A stretch of 64,000 nt of DNA from Candidatus Spongiisociaceae bacterium. GTDB taxonomy: Bacteria > Actinomycetota > Acidimicrobiia > Spongiisociales > Spongiisociaceae. The position numbers and the translations under genes are program-made. The stretch spans positions 96,001-160,000 of the forward strand of contig OZ241841.1 of assembly GCA_965202665.1 (NCBI GenBank), given 5' to 3'. Shown piece by piece: positions 10,126-19,005 of this stretch; position 1 is the first letter of the stretch, and every line of letters starts with the position of its first letter. The notes under the pieces were generated by a model. That model did no database searches. It had not been told where the DNA came from and saw only the letters and a list, made by a program, of their open reading frames with translations.

Positions 10126-11184
10126 TCATCGGCCCTGATCCGGGTCTTCGGCCAGGAGAGGGGACTGGTCGGCGTAACCGGCGGCGGGGGGGAGGGGTGC
10201 GCCCAGGTGATCGTAGGCCAGCGGAGTGGCGATCCGCCCGCGGGGGGTGCGCTGGATCAAACCCCGTTGCACCAGAAACGGCTCGTAGGCCCCTTCGATC
10301 GTCTCCGGCTCTTCGCTGACCGCGATGGACAAGGTGGACAGGCCCACCGGCCCGCCCCCGAATTTGAAAACGATGGACTCCATGATGGCCCGGTCCACCT
10401 TGTCCAAACCGAGGGAATCCACCTCCCAGACGGCCAGGGCGTCCAGGGCGGTCCGCTCGTCGACGACCCCCTCCGCCCGGGCGATGGCGAACTCCCCCAC
10501 CCGGCTCAGCAGGCGGTTGGCGATGCGGGGGGTGCCCCGGCTGCGGTCGGCGATCGCCTGCGACCCGCCGGGGGTGATGGGCATGCCGGTGATGCGGGCG
10601 GAGCGGGCCACGATCTTCTCCAAGTCCTCCGGGCTGTAATAGTCGAGGCGGTCCACCATCCCGAACCGGTCCCGGAGGGGGGCGGTCACCGTGCCCAAGC
10701 GGGTAGTGGCCCCCACCAATGTGAAACGGGGCAGGCCCAGGCGCAACGACTGGGCGGAGGGGCCTTTGCCCACCATGATATCCAGGGCGAAGTCCTCCAT
10801 CGCCGAATAGAGCACCTCCTCCACCACCCGCGGCAAGCGGTGAATCTCGTCTATGAACAGCACATCGCCTTCCTCCAGGCCGGACAGGATGGCGGCCAAG
10901 TCGCCCGCCCGCTCCACGGCCGGGCCGGAAGTGGAACGGAGGGTGGAACCCAACTCCCCGGACACGATGCGGGCCAGGGTGGTTTTGCCCAAGCCGGGCG
11001 GGCCGGACAGAAGCAGATGGTCCAGCGGCCTCCCCAGCTTGCCCGCCGCCTCGATGGAAATGCCCAGCCGTTCTTTGAGGGCCGTCTGCCCCACGAACTC
11101 GCCCAAGGTGCGGGGCCGCAGAGTGTCCTCCAGGACGACGTCGTCTTCTTTGGATTCGGTTGCCAGCAGGCCGTCCTCGCGCAT
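10126..11184 (-). CDS. ruvB: Holliday junction branch migration helicase RuvB
   Basis: LRPRTLGEFVGQ, GPPGLGKTT, DEIHRL, RGTPRIANRLL, RTPRGR. Confidence 0.98.
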   Translation of the reverse strand: MREDGLLATESKEDDVVLEDTLRPRTLGEFVGQTALKERLGISIEAAGKLGRPLDHLLLSGPPGLGKTTLARIVSGELGSTLRSTSGPAVERAGDLAAILSGLEEGDVLFIDEIHRLPRVVEEVLYSAMEDFALDIMVGKGPSAQSLRLGLPRFTLVGATTRLGTVTAPLRDRFGMVDRLDYYSPEDLEKIVARSARITGMPITPGGSQAIADRSRGTPRIANRLLSRVGEFAIARAEGVVDERTALDALAVWEVDSLGLDKVDRAIMESIVFKFGGGPVGLSTLSIAVSEEPETIEGAYEPFLVQRGLIQRTPRGRIATPLAYDHLGAPLPPAAGYADQSPLLAEDPDQGR

Positions 11185-11193
11185 AATGGCTCC

Positions 11194-11763
11194 TTACCGT
11201 CCGCCCAGCAGTCGCAGGGCTTGCCGGATTTGCCCCTCCACCGGCTCGTCCGGGGAAATATCCTCCAGCGCGGCTCGGATTTCCGACGGGGAGTATCCGA
11301 GGCCCTCCAGCGCTTCCCGCACCGGGGCCAGCCCGCTCCCGGCCCGGGCGGAGGTTTCCAACGCCCCCAGTTTGGGTTGCAACTCCAGGATAATCTTCTC
11401 CGCTTTGCGTTTGCCCACCCCCGGGGCGGCGGTCAGGGCGTCCCAGTCGTCGGTGGCCACCGCTCGGCGAATCTCCTCGGAGGTCAACGCCCCCAGCATT
11501 CCCATCGCCAGGGACGGGCCCACCCCGTTGCAACCCAGCAGCACCCGGAACAGATCGCGGGTCGGCTCCGCCTCGAACCCGTAGAGGGCGATTTTGTCCT
11601 CCCGCACCGCCATGTGGGTGTACATCTCCGCTTCCTCCCCCAAACCGGGAAGGGAGTCCAAGTGGCGGGGCGTCACCGCAATCTCATAGCCAACACCGCC
11701 CACCTCCAACAGCACGGCGACCGCGGCGCGGGACCCCAGCCTCCCCCGCAACTTTCCGATCAT
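11194..11763 (-). CDS. ruvA: Holliday junction DNA-binding protein RuvA
   Basis: MIGKLRG, GVGYEI, LYGF, GVGP, PGVGKRKAEKI; between ruvC and ruvB. Confidence 0.96.
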   Translation of the reverse strand: MIGKLRGRLGSRAAVAVLLEVGGVGYEIAVTPRHLDSLPGLGEEAEMYTHMAVREDKIALYGFEAEPTRDLFRVLLGCNGVGPSLAMGMLGALTSEEIRRAVATDDWDALTAAPGVGKRKAEKIILELQPKLGALETSARAGSGLAPVREALEGLGYSPSEIRAALEDISPDEPVEGQIRQALRLLGGR

Positions 11764-12269
11764 CTAGCGGCCTCCGCCATCACCAGCCGCCCCCACCGGC
11801 CCGCCGTATGCTGCAGATGGCACAGGGCCACCGCCAAGGCGTCTGCGGCGTCCGCCGGGCGGGGCGGGGCCGCCAGGCCCAGGCGGCGGGCCACCATTCG
11901 CTGCATCTGGGTTTTGTTAGCCGCCCCGTCCCCGGTCACCACCGCCTTGATGGCCGAAGGGGAATATTCGGCGGCGTCCACTCCGGCCGCGGCCGCGGCC
12001 AGCAGGGCCGTCCCCGCCGCCTGCACCACCCCGGTGGCGGTAGCCAAGTTGCGGTTGACGAACACCTGCTCCACGGCCATCACCTCCGGCCGCAACTCGG
12101 CCAAAAGGCCGGTCAGGTCGTTGTACAACTCCAGCAGGCGACGGGAAGTGGGCAGGGCCCGGTCGGTGCGGATAACCCCCGTCGCCACCGCCTCCACCTC
12201 GGTTCCCGCGGAACGCAAAGCCCCGAAGCCGGTGGCCGTCAATCCGGGATCTATACCGAGTACGAACAT
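11760..12269 (-). CDS. ruvC: Crossover junction endodeoxyribonuclease RuvC
   Basis: MFVLGIDPG, AVEQVF, PADAADALAVALCH; start at ATG 12269. Confidence 0.96.
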   Translation of the reverse strand: MFVLGIDPGLTATGFGALRSAGTEVEAVATGVIRTDRALPTSRRLLELYNDLTGLLAELRPEVMAVEQVFVNRNLATATGVVQAAGTALLAAAAAGVDAAEYSPSAIKAVVTGDGAANKTQMQRMVARRLGLAAPPRPADAADALAVALCHLQHTAGRWGRLVMAEAAR

Positions 12270-12277
12270 ATGTTCTA
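12262..12277. promoter_or_regulatory. LexA (SOS) box overlapping the ruvC start codon
   Basis: ACGAACATATGTTCTA fits the actinobacterial consensus TCGAAC-N4-GTTCGA. Confidence 0.8.
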
Positions 12278-12298
12278 TTTTACCCACCGCCGGCGACA
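12277..12298 (-). promoter_or_regulatory. PafBC/RecA-NDp-type promoter of ruvC
   Basis: Minus strand TGTCGC-cggcggtggg-TAAAAT fits TGTCRn-N10-TAnnnT; the -10 lies 7 nt upstream of the ATG. Confidence 0.7.
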
Positions 12299-12347
12299 AA
12301 ACCCGGTATTTGCCCAGTCAGGCCCGATTCACAAATCCTACTGCAAA

Positions 12348-12734
12348 TCACCCAGATAGGGAACCGGCGGCAACGACGGATCGTCGGCTGCTATCTCTCC
12401 ATCGTTCCGGATGCGGTACCCATCCGGCAAACAATCCAGAAATGAACCGCCTCGTCTCCAGTCCATCCAAACCGCCCTGTTGATGATGTATCCGGGCCGA
12501 CTCCACCGCATACGCTATTTCCTCCTCCGGCGTTAGCGCATCCGGCGACCCGGGCGGAACCCAGGACCACGATCCGACTACTTCTCCATCCTGATCGACG
12601 ACCTTGTCATCGCTCCGGTGGTAATAGCCCCGGGGCCGCTCCGCCCCAACGGCGCAATCACCGTCGTTCTCCGACTCCTCCCTAGTTACCCGCTCCGTCA
12701 ACGGATGCGGCTTAGAAGGAGGGTCGCTGCTCAC
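12348..12734 (-). CDS. Hypothetical protein
   Basis: ORF with a GTG start overlapping the stop of the upstream ORF (GTGA); shares two motifs with that ORF. Confidence 0.5.
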   Translation of the reverse strand: MSSDPPSKPHPLTERVTREESENDGDCAVGAERPRGYYHRSDDKVVDQDGEVVGSWSWVPPGSPDALTPEEEIAYAVESARIHHQQGGLDGLETRRFISGLFAGWVPHPERWRDSSRRSVVAAGSLSG

Positions 12735-13003
12735 GAATCCGGCTTGCACCGCCCCAGGTAGGGGACCAGCGGTAATGACGAATCGTCCCTCACTATTTCC
12801 CCATCTTGTGCGTGATATCCCTGGGGCAGGTTGTCCAAAATCCAGCGGACCCACTCGGCCAATTCCTGATCCATCTCCCCGGCATGCACCCGGTCGGAAA
12901 TGGCGATGTAGGCCGCCGCCTCCTCCGGCGTTAGAACATCGGGGGCCAGCTGATGCGGATATGCGATGGCGTCATCCAACGGCGTTACGGTTATATCATT
13001 CAT
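12731..13003 (-). CDS. Hypothetical protein
   Basis: 90-aa ORF preceded by an AAGGGAG RBS-like sequence; contains PDVLTPEEAAAY. Confidence 0.55.
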   Translation of the reverse strand: MNDITVTPLDDAIAYPHQLAPDVLTPEEAAAYIAISDRVHAGEMDQELAEWVRWILDNLPQGYHAQDGEIVRDDSSLPLVPYLGRCKPDS

Positions 13004-13065
13004 AATATCACGACTCTCCCTTATCCATCATTGCGTAGGACCAGCTGCGGGGCAGGTTAGGGGAC

Positions 13066-13284
13066 TCATATCGGCGCATCGGCGGGGTCATAATCCATGG
13101 GGCGGACCCGTTGGGCGCGCAGCCATTTCAGGACGAGGTCGCGGTGGAAGAGGCCCCGCCCATCCGCCTCGGCGTCCGCCAAATGCCCCTCCCCCGCCAG
13201 GCGGCGGGCCTCCTCGATGGAAATACCGAGGAGGTCCGCCACTCCGGGCAGGTCGAGGATAGGAGGGAACCGGGCATTTTTCAT
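13066..13284 (-). CDS. Excisionase/MerR-like helix-turn-helix DNA-binding protein (HTH_17-like)
   Basis: PPILDLPGVADLLGISIEEARRLAGEGHL...FHRDLVLKWL matches the Xis/BldC-like pattern; immediately downstream of the pilin. Confidence 0.7.
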   Translation of the reverse strand: MKNARFPPILDLPGVADLLGISIEEARRLAGEGHLADAEADGRGLFHRDLVLKWLRAQRVRPMDYDPADAPI

Positions 13285-13309
13285 TCCTACCCTCAAAAAC
13301 GGCGGGTTT

Positions 13310-13495
13310 TCAGAACCGCACCTTGTCCCGCAGCCAGCCGATAATGTCCGCCCCCAGGCTGTTGAACAGCGTCTGCAGGCCGAACACCACCATCACCCCC
13401 ACCGCAATCCAGGCGAAGATGGTGGAAGTCTCAGCCGCCCCCCGTTCGCTGCGCAATCGTTCCCACAGCGCGTGCAGAACCGCCATCATTTTCAT
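13310..13495 (-). CDS. Flp-type (type IVb/IVc) pilin
   Basis: Short basic leader ending RLRSERG followed by a hydrophobic helix; AAGGAG RBS; last structural gene of the tad cluster. Confidence 0.75.
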   Translation of the reverse strand: MKMMAVLHALWERLRSERGAAETSTIFAWIAVGVMVVFGLQTLFNSLGADIIGWLRDKVRF

Positions 13496-13556
13496 CGTCG
13501 TCTCCTTTGCTCTCGCTTGATTGAACGGGTTGTCCGTTACCGGCCGCAAGCACATG

Positions 13557-14510
13557 TCACCCTCCGAAGATGAGGGTCGGTATGGGCGCGGCCAGAAACA
13601 ACAGGGTCACCGGGGCCAGAACGACCACGATGGGAAACACCATCAGCAACCGGCGGCGGGCGGCGGCGCTGCGCAGGGAGTAACGGCGGGCGGCCCGCAG
13701 TTCCTTGGCCAAATCCAACAGCGCTCCGGACAGGTCCGCCCCCCGTTGATGGCAGGCGGCGATCACCCGGTAGGTGCGGGCCGCCTCCGGTTCGGGAGTC
13801 ATGCGGGCGGCCCGTTCGAAAGCCTCCCCGAACGACCATCCCCGCCGGTGCAGGGCCAGGGCATCGGCCATTTCCTCCGCCGCTTCCCCCGCCGCCCGCT
13901 CCGCCGCATAGCGAACCGCCTCCGCCGCCCCGCCCCCCACCCGGCTCCGCATGGCCGTCAACTGGTTGATGGTGTACAACTCGGAGCGAATGCGCTCCCG
14001 CCGCCTGCGCACCGCCTCCCGCACCCGGCTGCGTGCCAGGTACGCCCCGAGGGCCGCTCCGCATCCGGCGTACGTCAAAGCCCTGATCCCGGAACCGCCG
14101 GTGAACAGGGCGAAAACCCCCAAACCGGCCGCCAACCCGGCCGACCGGTACAAAGTTTGGATGCGGTAGGCCTGCACCCGGCTTCCCTCCGCCGTCTCCG
14201 GAAACAAACCGGAGCGGCGCAGGCGCAACTCCAACTGCGCCTCCGCCCCGGAGGGAATCAGCCGTCCCAGCCACCGCGCCGCCCCGGCCGCCATCGGAGC
14301 CAGCAAGCGGCGTATCACCCCCGGACCGAACCCCGCCCCGGCATGGGCCGGGCCCAGCGGGTCGGGGGGATGGCCCAAACCGGCCCGGGCCGAGGCCAGA
14401 TAGGGGCGTACCCGGGAGGCGAGACGACGCGGGGGGCGCACCGCCAACGCCGCTCCCGCAACCGCCGCCGTCGCCGAGGAGGCCAAAGCCAGCAATCGCA
14501 GGCCGTTCAC
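13557..14510 (-). CDS. tadC: Tad pilus assembly platform protein TadC (T2SS F family)
   Basis: TM segments plus a T2SS-F-like domain (RGADLSGALLDLAKELR); GTGA overlap with tadB. Confidence 0.85.
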   Translation of the reverse strand: MNGLRLLALASSATAAVAGAALAVRPPRRLASRVRPYLASARAGLGHPPDPLGPAHAGAGFGPGVIRRLLAPMAAGAARWLGRLIPSGAEAQLELRLRRSGLFPETAEGSRVQAYRIQTLYRSAGLAAGLGVFALFTGGSGIRALTYAGCGAALGAYLARSRVREAVRRRRERIRSELYTINQLTAMRSRVGGGAAEAVRYAAERAAGEAAEEMADALALHRRGWSFGEAFERAARMTPEPEAARTYRVIAACHQRGADLSGALLDLAKELRAARRYSLRSAAARRRLLMVFPIVVVLAPVTLLFLAAPIPTLIFGG

Positions 14511-15406
14511 GACCCGCCGCCCTCCGCCCCGGCGGGAGGGGGGCCGGTCAGAACCCGCCGTTCGGCCTGCGGGCGGGACAGGCGGCGGACGATCAGCCAA
14601 CCGGCCAGCGACCAGGCCGCCCCGCCCGCCGCCACCAGAAAGCCGGTTCCGGTCCGGTAGAAAGCCTGATACTGGCTGGACGAGGCGGAGACGAACAGCA
14701 AAATCGCCCATGGGACGAGGGCCACCACCCGGCTTTCCATACGCTGTTCGGCCCCGTCGGCCCGCACCTCGGCTTCCAGCCGCAGGTCCTCGGTTATTTC
14801 CGCCGCCAGATCCCGCAACACGGAGCCGATCAACCCCCCGCCGTGGTGATGGGCCAAAATCAGCACTTCCATCACCCGGTCGGAAATCGGATCCCCCAAC
14901 TCTTCTTTCACCACTTCCAAAGCGGCCGCCGCCCCCATCATCCGGGACAGCGTCCCGAAGCGGGCGAACCGGGCCCGCAGCGGCTCCGGCCCCTGCTCGG
15001 CCAACTCCGCCAAGCCGTTGACCAGGGTGGCCCCGGAGGAAACGGCCGCCGTCAGGTCGCGCAAAGCGTCCGGCCAGGCCTCCCGCACCTCCCGCAGCCG
15101 TTCCCGGCGGCGGCGGGAATAGTAGGCCCGGGGAAACCAGGCCGCCGCCAAGGCGGGGACCGCCGCCAGCCACCAAGCGCCGCTCACGGTCAGGGCGGCT
15201 GCGAAGACCGCCGCCCCCACCGCCAGCGACCCGGCCGCGAACTGGAAGGGGGTGAGGTCGCTGCCCGCCTGCGCCAGCCACAGCCGCCGGTCAGAGGCCG
15301 GCCGGGGCCGCATCGGGCGCAACCGCACCTTGGGCAGCCCGCCGAAGGCGGTCGCCGCCGCCAGGTAGGCGGTCAGTCCGCTCAGCAGGACGGCGGCCGC
15401 CTTCAT
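14507..15406 (-). CDS. tadB: Tad pilus assembly platform protein TadB (T2SS F family)
   Basis: WPDALRDLTAAVSSG, GGGLIGSVLRDL; ATGA overlap with tadA. Confidence 0.87.
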   Translation of the reverse strand: MKAAAVLLSGLTAYLAAATAFGGLPKVRLRPMRPRPASDRRLWLAQAGSDLTPFQFAAGSLAVGAAVFAAALTVSGAWWLAAVPALAAAWFPRAYYSRRRRERLREVREAWPDALRDLTAAVSSGATLVNGLAELAEQGPEPLRARFARFGTLSRMMGAAAALEVVKEELGDPISDRVMEVLILAHHHGGGLIGSVLRDLAAEITEDLRLEAEVRADGAEQRMESRVVALVPWAILLFVSASSSQYQAFYRTGTGFLVAAGGAAWSLAGWLIVRRLSRPQAERRVLTGPPPAGAEGGGS

Positions 15407-16701
15407 CGGCCGGGACTCCACTCTCCGGCCATCACCCGGGCCAGTCCCACTCCGGGCGGCAACCCCCCTTCCAGCCGGGCCGCGGTTTCCGGCGGTGGCA
15501 ACTCCCCGGTCCATTCCAAGGCGGAATCCGGCTTTCCCCGGACGAACAGGGGCGCCACCGCAAACCCTTCCCCGCCCGGGGCGGCGGCCAGGCTGATGAT
15601 TTCCTGCACCCGGCGTTCGGGCGCGTCCCCCATGGGGCCGTCCGCGGTTCGACGCGCCCACCGACGCAGGTGAACCGTGAAATCGATGGAATCCCCGAAC
15701 ACCCTGGTGACTATGGATTCGGTGATGTTCTCCCCGGCCATCATCGCCGCGTTGACCAAGGCGGTGAGGGCGCGGCTGGCCGAATCGGCGTGGATGGTGC
15801 AGGCGAAGCCGCATCCGGCGTTGACCGCCCGGGTCAGTTCGAAGGCCTCCGCTCCCCGCACCTCCCCCACGCAGATCAGGTCGGGCCGTTGCGCCAGCAC
15901 CACCTTCACCAGGTCGCGCAACGCGTAGCGCCGGGTTCCGTCCAAGGCGGGCGGGCTGGCCTCGTAGTAACTGCCGTGCGCCAACGGAACATGCACTTCC
16001 CGCACCTCTTCGCACACCCGCACGCACCGGTCGGGGGGCAGGGCCCGCAGGTAGGCGCTCAGCATGGTGGTTTTCCCCGCCCCGGGCGGCCCGCTGAAGA
16101 TGAGGGTGTTGACCGACTGGGCCGCCGTCCACAGAAACGCGGCCGCCGCCCCGGACAGGGCCCCCTTCCCGGCCAGAAAACCCAGGTCGTAGTCTTTGAC
16201 CACGTATTTGCGGATGGTGACCGACAGCCGGTCCGCCACCGGGGGAATGACGGCCGTCAGGCGGGCGGAGCCGTCCAGCACCCGGGCCTGTTCGATGGGG
16301 TTGGAAGTGTCCAAGCGGCGGTTGGTTCCGGCCAGGATGCGGGACACTATCTGCAGGTTCTCCTCCTCGGAGGTGGGGGCGTTCAGCGGTTGCAGGCGCC
16401 CCGCCCCATCCAGGTAGGACACCCTCTCCCCTTCTATGAAAATTTCTTCGATGTCGGTGCGTTCCAACAGGGGGGTGAGCGGGCCGTATCCGGCCAGGGA
16501 GTCGAGCAGCCGGCCGGCCAACCCCCGCGGATCCCGCAGCGGGCGGTTTCCGTCCCCGGCGAAGGCCCGCCGCTGATAGTCGTCCACCAGCCGCTCCACC
16601 TCGGCCCGCACCCGGGCCGGGTCGGCGGCCGGGTCCATCCCCATTTCCCCGATCCGCTCCGCCGCCCGTCGCCGCAACAGGTCATAGGCCCCCAGGTTCA
16701 T
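15403..16701 (-). CDS. tadA: Tad/CpaF pilus assembly ATPase
   Basis: GYGPLTPLL, SVTIRKY, GPPGAGKTT, RPDLICVGEVRGAEA, TIHA. Confidence 0.93.
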   Translation of the reverse strand: MNLGAYDLLRRRAAERIGEMGMDPAADPARVRAEVERLVDDYQRRAFAGDGNRPLRDPRGLAGRLLDSLAGYGPLTPLLERTDIEEIFIEGERVSYLDGAGRLQPLNAPTSEEENLQIVSRILAGTNRRLDTSNPIEQARVLDGSARLTAVIPPVADRLSVTIRKYVVKDYDLGFLAGKGALSGAAAAFLWTAAQSVNTLIFSGPPGAGKTTMLSAYLRALPPDRCVRVCEEVREVHVPLAHGSYYEASPPALDGTRRYALRDLVKVVLAQRPDLICVGEVRGAEAFELTRAVNAGCGFACTIHADSASRALTALVNAAMMAGENITESIVTRVFGDSIDFTVHLRRWARRTADGPMGDAPERRVQEIISLAAAPGGEGFAVAPLFVRGKPDSALEWTGELPPPETAARLEGGLPPGVGLARVMAGEWSPGR

Positions 16702-17840
16702 AGGCCGGCCTCGATCATCTTCTGCCCCAGGCGGTGCACCGTTTTGCGAAAGGGCCCCCGGGGCACCGGCGTCCCGTTCCAAGCGGACCGGGCCCGGGCC
16801 GGGTCGGCGGGGAGCCAGGTGATGGAGGCGGGCCGGAAAGTCCGAGTCAGCTCATCGCTCAGCTGGGTCCGTTCAAAGGCCCCCGCCGGGGCGTTCTCAA
16901 ACAGGACGTGCAATCGGCCGGAGGTGAGCCGTTGCGCCTGGGAAATCCAGGATATGGCCCGTGACAGACCCACAGGAGTGGGTTCCGCCAGCAGGGCCAC
17001 CTCCCCCGCCAAGCGCAGGAGGGATCGGCTCACCTCGAACCGGCCGTCTCGAGAACCCAACCGGGAAAGGTCCTCGATGTAGGGGGAGATCTTGACCACC
17101 ACCCGGCCGAACCGTTGAGCGGCGGCGGTCACCAAATCCGCGATGTCCTCGGAGCGGATGGTTTCCCACTCCGACGCCTCCGGGATTCCCGTCATCAGGG
17201 TCACCCCGTCCGGGCCGGACAGCATGGAATCGTCGATGCTTCCCCGCAGTTGCACAAGTGAATCAAGGGCGGTCAACAGGTTGGGAACGATGGGCATGGA
17301 CAGCCGTTGCGCCAGGCAGGGGGACACCGTGTCGGCGTCCAACACCAGCACCTTCCAAACGGAGGCGAACGTCCCGCCCAAGGCCAGCGCCACATCCCCC
17401 GCCAGGTCCCCGCCCGCCACCGCCGTCACGCCGGGCGGGGAGGGGGTCATGATCTCCGGCGGGGCCGGGGCGGACTCGGTCCTGCGGGGCGAGACCAGCA
17501 ACGCCAGTTCCAACAGCGCGTTGGGACCGGCGTCGGCCTTCGCCACCGCGTCCACTTCGGCCACCGTTAGCCGCTCCCGCGCCGTTTCGCCGTGTTCCCC
17601 GTCGTATACGCCCACCACCCGCCGGCCCTGCTGGTGAATCTTTTCCACCAGCCGCGGGCTGAAGTAGCTGGTGATGTCGTCGATTATCAACACGTCGTAG
17701 TCCTGTTGGAGGGCGTCCTCCCCGGTGAGGGCCGTCCCTCCCAGGCGGGCGCCCCCGTAGTCGATGAGATGCCGGATCAGCTCCGCCGACCAGCCCCGCT
17801 GGGAGACGGTCACCGCAATCACGGTCTCGCCGTCCGTCAT
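16698..17840 (-). CDS. CpaE/TadZ-like receiver + MinD-like protein with a degenerate P-loop
   Basis: Receiver-like N-terminus (DVLIIDD), LVLDAD, AEPTPVGLSR; positioned between cpaB and tadA. Confidence 0.75.
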   Translation of the reverse strand: MTDGETVIAVTVSQRGWSAELIRHLIDYGGARLGGTALTGEDALQQDYDVLIIDDITSYFSPRLVEKIHQQGRRVVGVYDGEHGETARERLTVAEVDAVAKADAGPNALLELALLVSPRRTESAPAPPEIMTPSPPGVTAVAGGDLAGDVALALGGTFASVWKVLVLDADTVSPCLAQRLSMPIVPNLLTALDSLVQLRGSIDDSMLSGPDGVTLMTGIPEASEWETIRSEDIADLVTAAAQRFGRVVVKISPYIEDLSRLGSRDGRFEVSRSLLRLAGEVALLAEPTPVGLSRAISWISQAQRLTSGRLHVLFENAPAGAFERTQLSDELTRTFRPASITWLPADPARARSAWNGTPVPRGPFRKTVHRLGQKMIEAGL

Positions 17841-18592
17841 CTCCCCTCCTCCCCGTCGGAACCCTCCGCCTCCCATCCGGGATCGCCCGGCGCCGGGGGA
17901 GGGCGGAAGGTGAGTTCCTCCACCGGCGGGGCCCCGGTGGAGCGGACCAGAAAAACCTCGCCCGCCGCCAAAGCCGTAGCCACCGACAAGGCGTCGGTCC
18001 CGTCCACCGCCACGATCACGTTCAATTCGCCGCTTCCCAACCCTCCGCCCTCCTCCGCGATGGACAGCACTTCCACCCCCAACGCCGCGAACCGCCCCCC
18101 GCCCCGCTCCGCCGCCACCACATCCACCCGGTCGCCTGGCCGCAGGTCGGCCGCCACCGCCCGCCCGGGCGGAACGGGTATGCTCATCGCCCTTCCCGGG
18201 GCGGGGACTTGGGGGCGGAAGTCATCGGGAAACAGGGGAGCGCCGGCCTCCACATCGCGAATGAGGGCCGTATCCACCAGCCCGGCGGCCGCCTCGGGGG
18301 TGAGCGCCCGCCGGGACAAAGGACCGCCGGCTGCGATGCGGACTTGGTCCAAGTCCCGTTCCGCCAGCCGGGCCCCGGCCGGGAGGGAGCGGGCGGCCAC
18401 CGCCGCCGGAACGGTCTCGTCTTGGCCGCGCAGTATCAGCAAATTGAGCAACAAGGCGGACAACCCGGCCGCGATCATCACCATATGGCCGGCCGACAGC
18501 CGGGCGAAGAGCCGTCGTTGGGGAAAGGAGCCGGACCGACCTTCGCCGGTCCGCTCGGGGCCGCCGCCCTGGTTCATCGTTTTATCGCGCAT
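17837..18592 (-). CDS. SAF-domain Flp pilus assembly protein (CpaB/RcpC-like)
   Basis: TM helix, VAARSLPAGARL, RAMSIPV, LRPGDRVDVV; exact start uncertain (18604/18592/18577). Confidence 0.85.
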   Translation of the reverse strand: MRDKTMNQGGGPERTGEGRSGSFPQRRLFARLSAGHMVMIAAGLSALLLNLLILRGQDETVPAAVAARSLPAGARLAERDLDQVRIAAGGPLSRRALTPEAAAGLVDTALIRDVEAGAPLFPDDFRPQVPAPGRAMSIPVPPGRAVAADLRPGDRVDVVAAERGGGRFAALGVEVLSIAEEGGGLGSGELNVIVAVDGTDALSVATALAAGEVFLVRSTGAPPVEELTFRPPPAPGDPGWEAEGSDGEEGR

Positions 18593-19005
18593 CGCCCGCA
18601 ACATAAACCCCTCCCTCCCCGCCGGGTTCAGTAGTTGGGCTGGGATAGTTATGTTGCTTTTGGTTTGTTTGGTTGGAAATAATCTCCGGTTTGCTCAAAC
18701 AACGGGATGCCAAATTGGAAATATTTGGGAGAAAAACTGGAAAAAATATCCAATATTGTTCGACCAAGTATCCTTTTGCCCCAAATCTCCGGTCGTAACA
18801 AGGAAACCGAGGCAATTATTGAGGAAATGTTTCGCGTTCTCCCCGACTTTTATTTTTGCCAAAATTTCCCAAGCGGGGGCTCTCCTAACCGTCGTAAAAA
18901 ACGGCTTAGTAAAATCATCGGAAAAACGCGGCTACGGCAAAAAACCTCCTCGGATTTAGGCCCACTCCCCCCATCCGAAGAGTCGCTCAGGCAGGGCGAT
19001 GCGTA

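Noticed and set aside
18792-18803. GTCGTAACAAGG, matching the conserved 3' region of 16S rRNA
   Set aside because: Only a short match with no flanking rRNA similarity; most likely chance.
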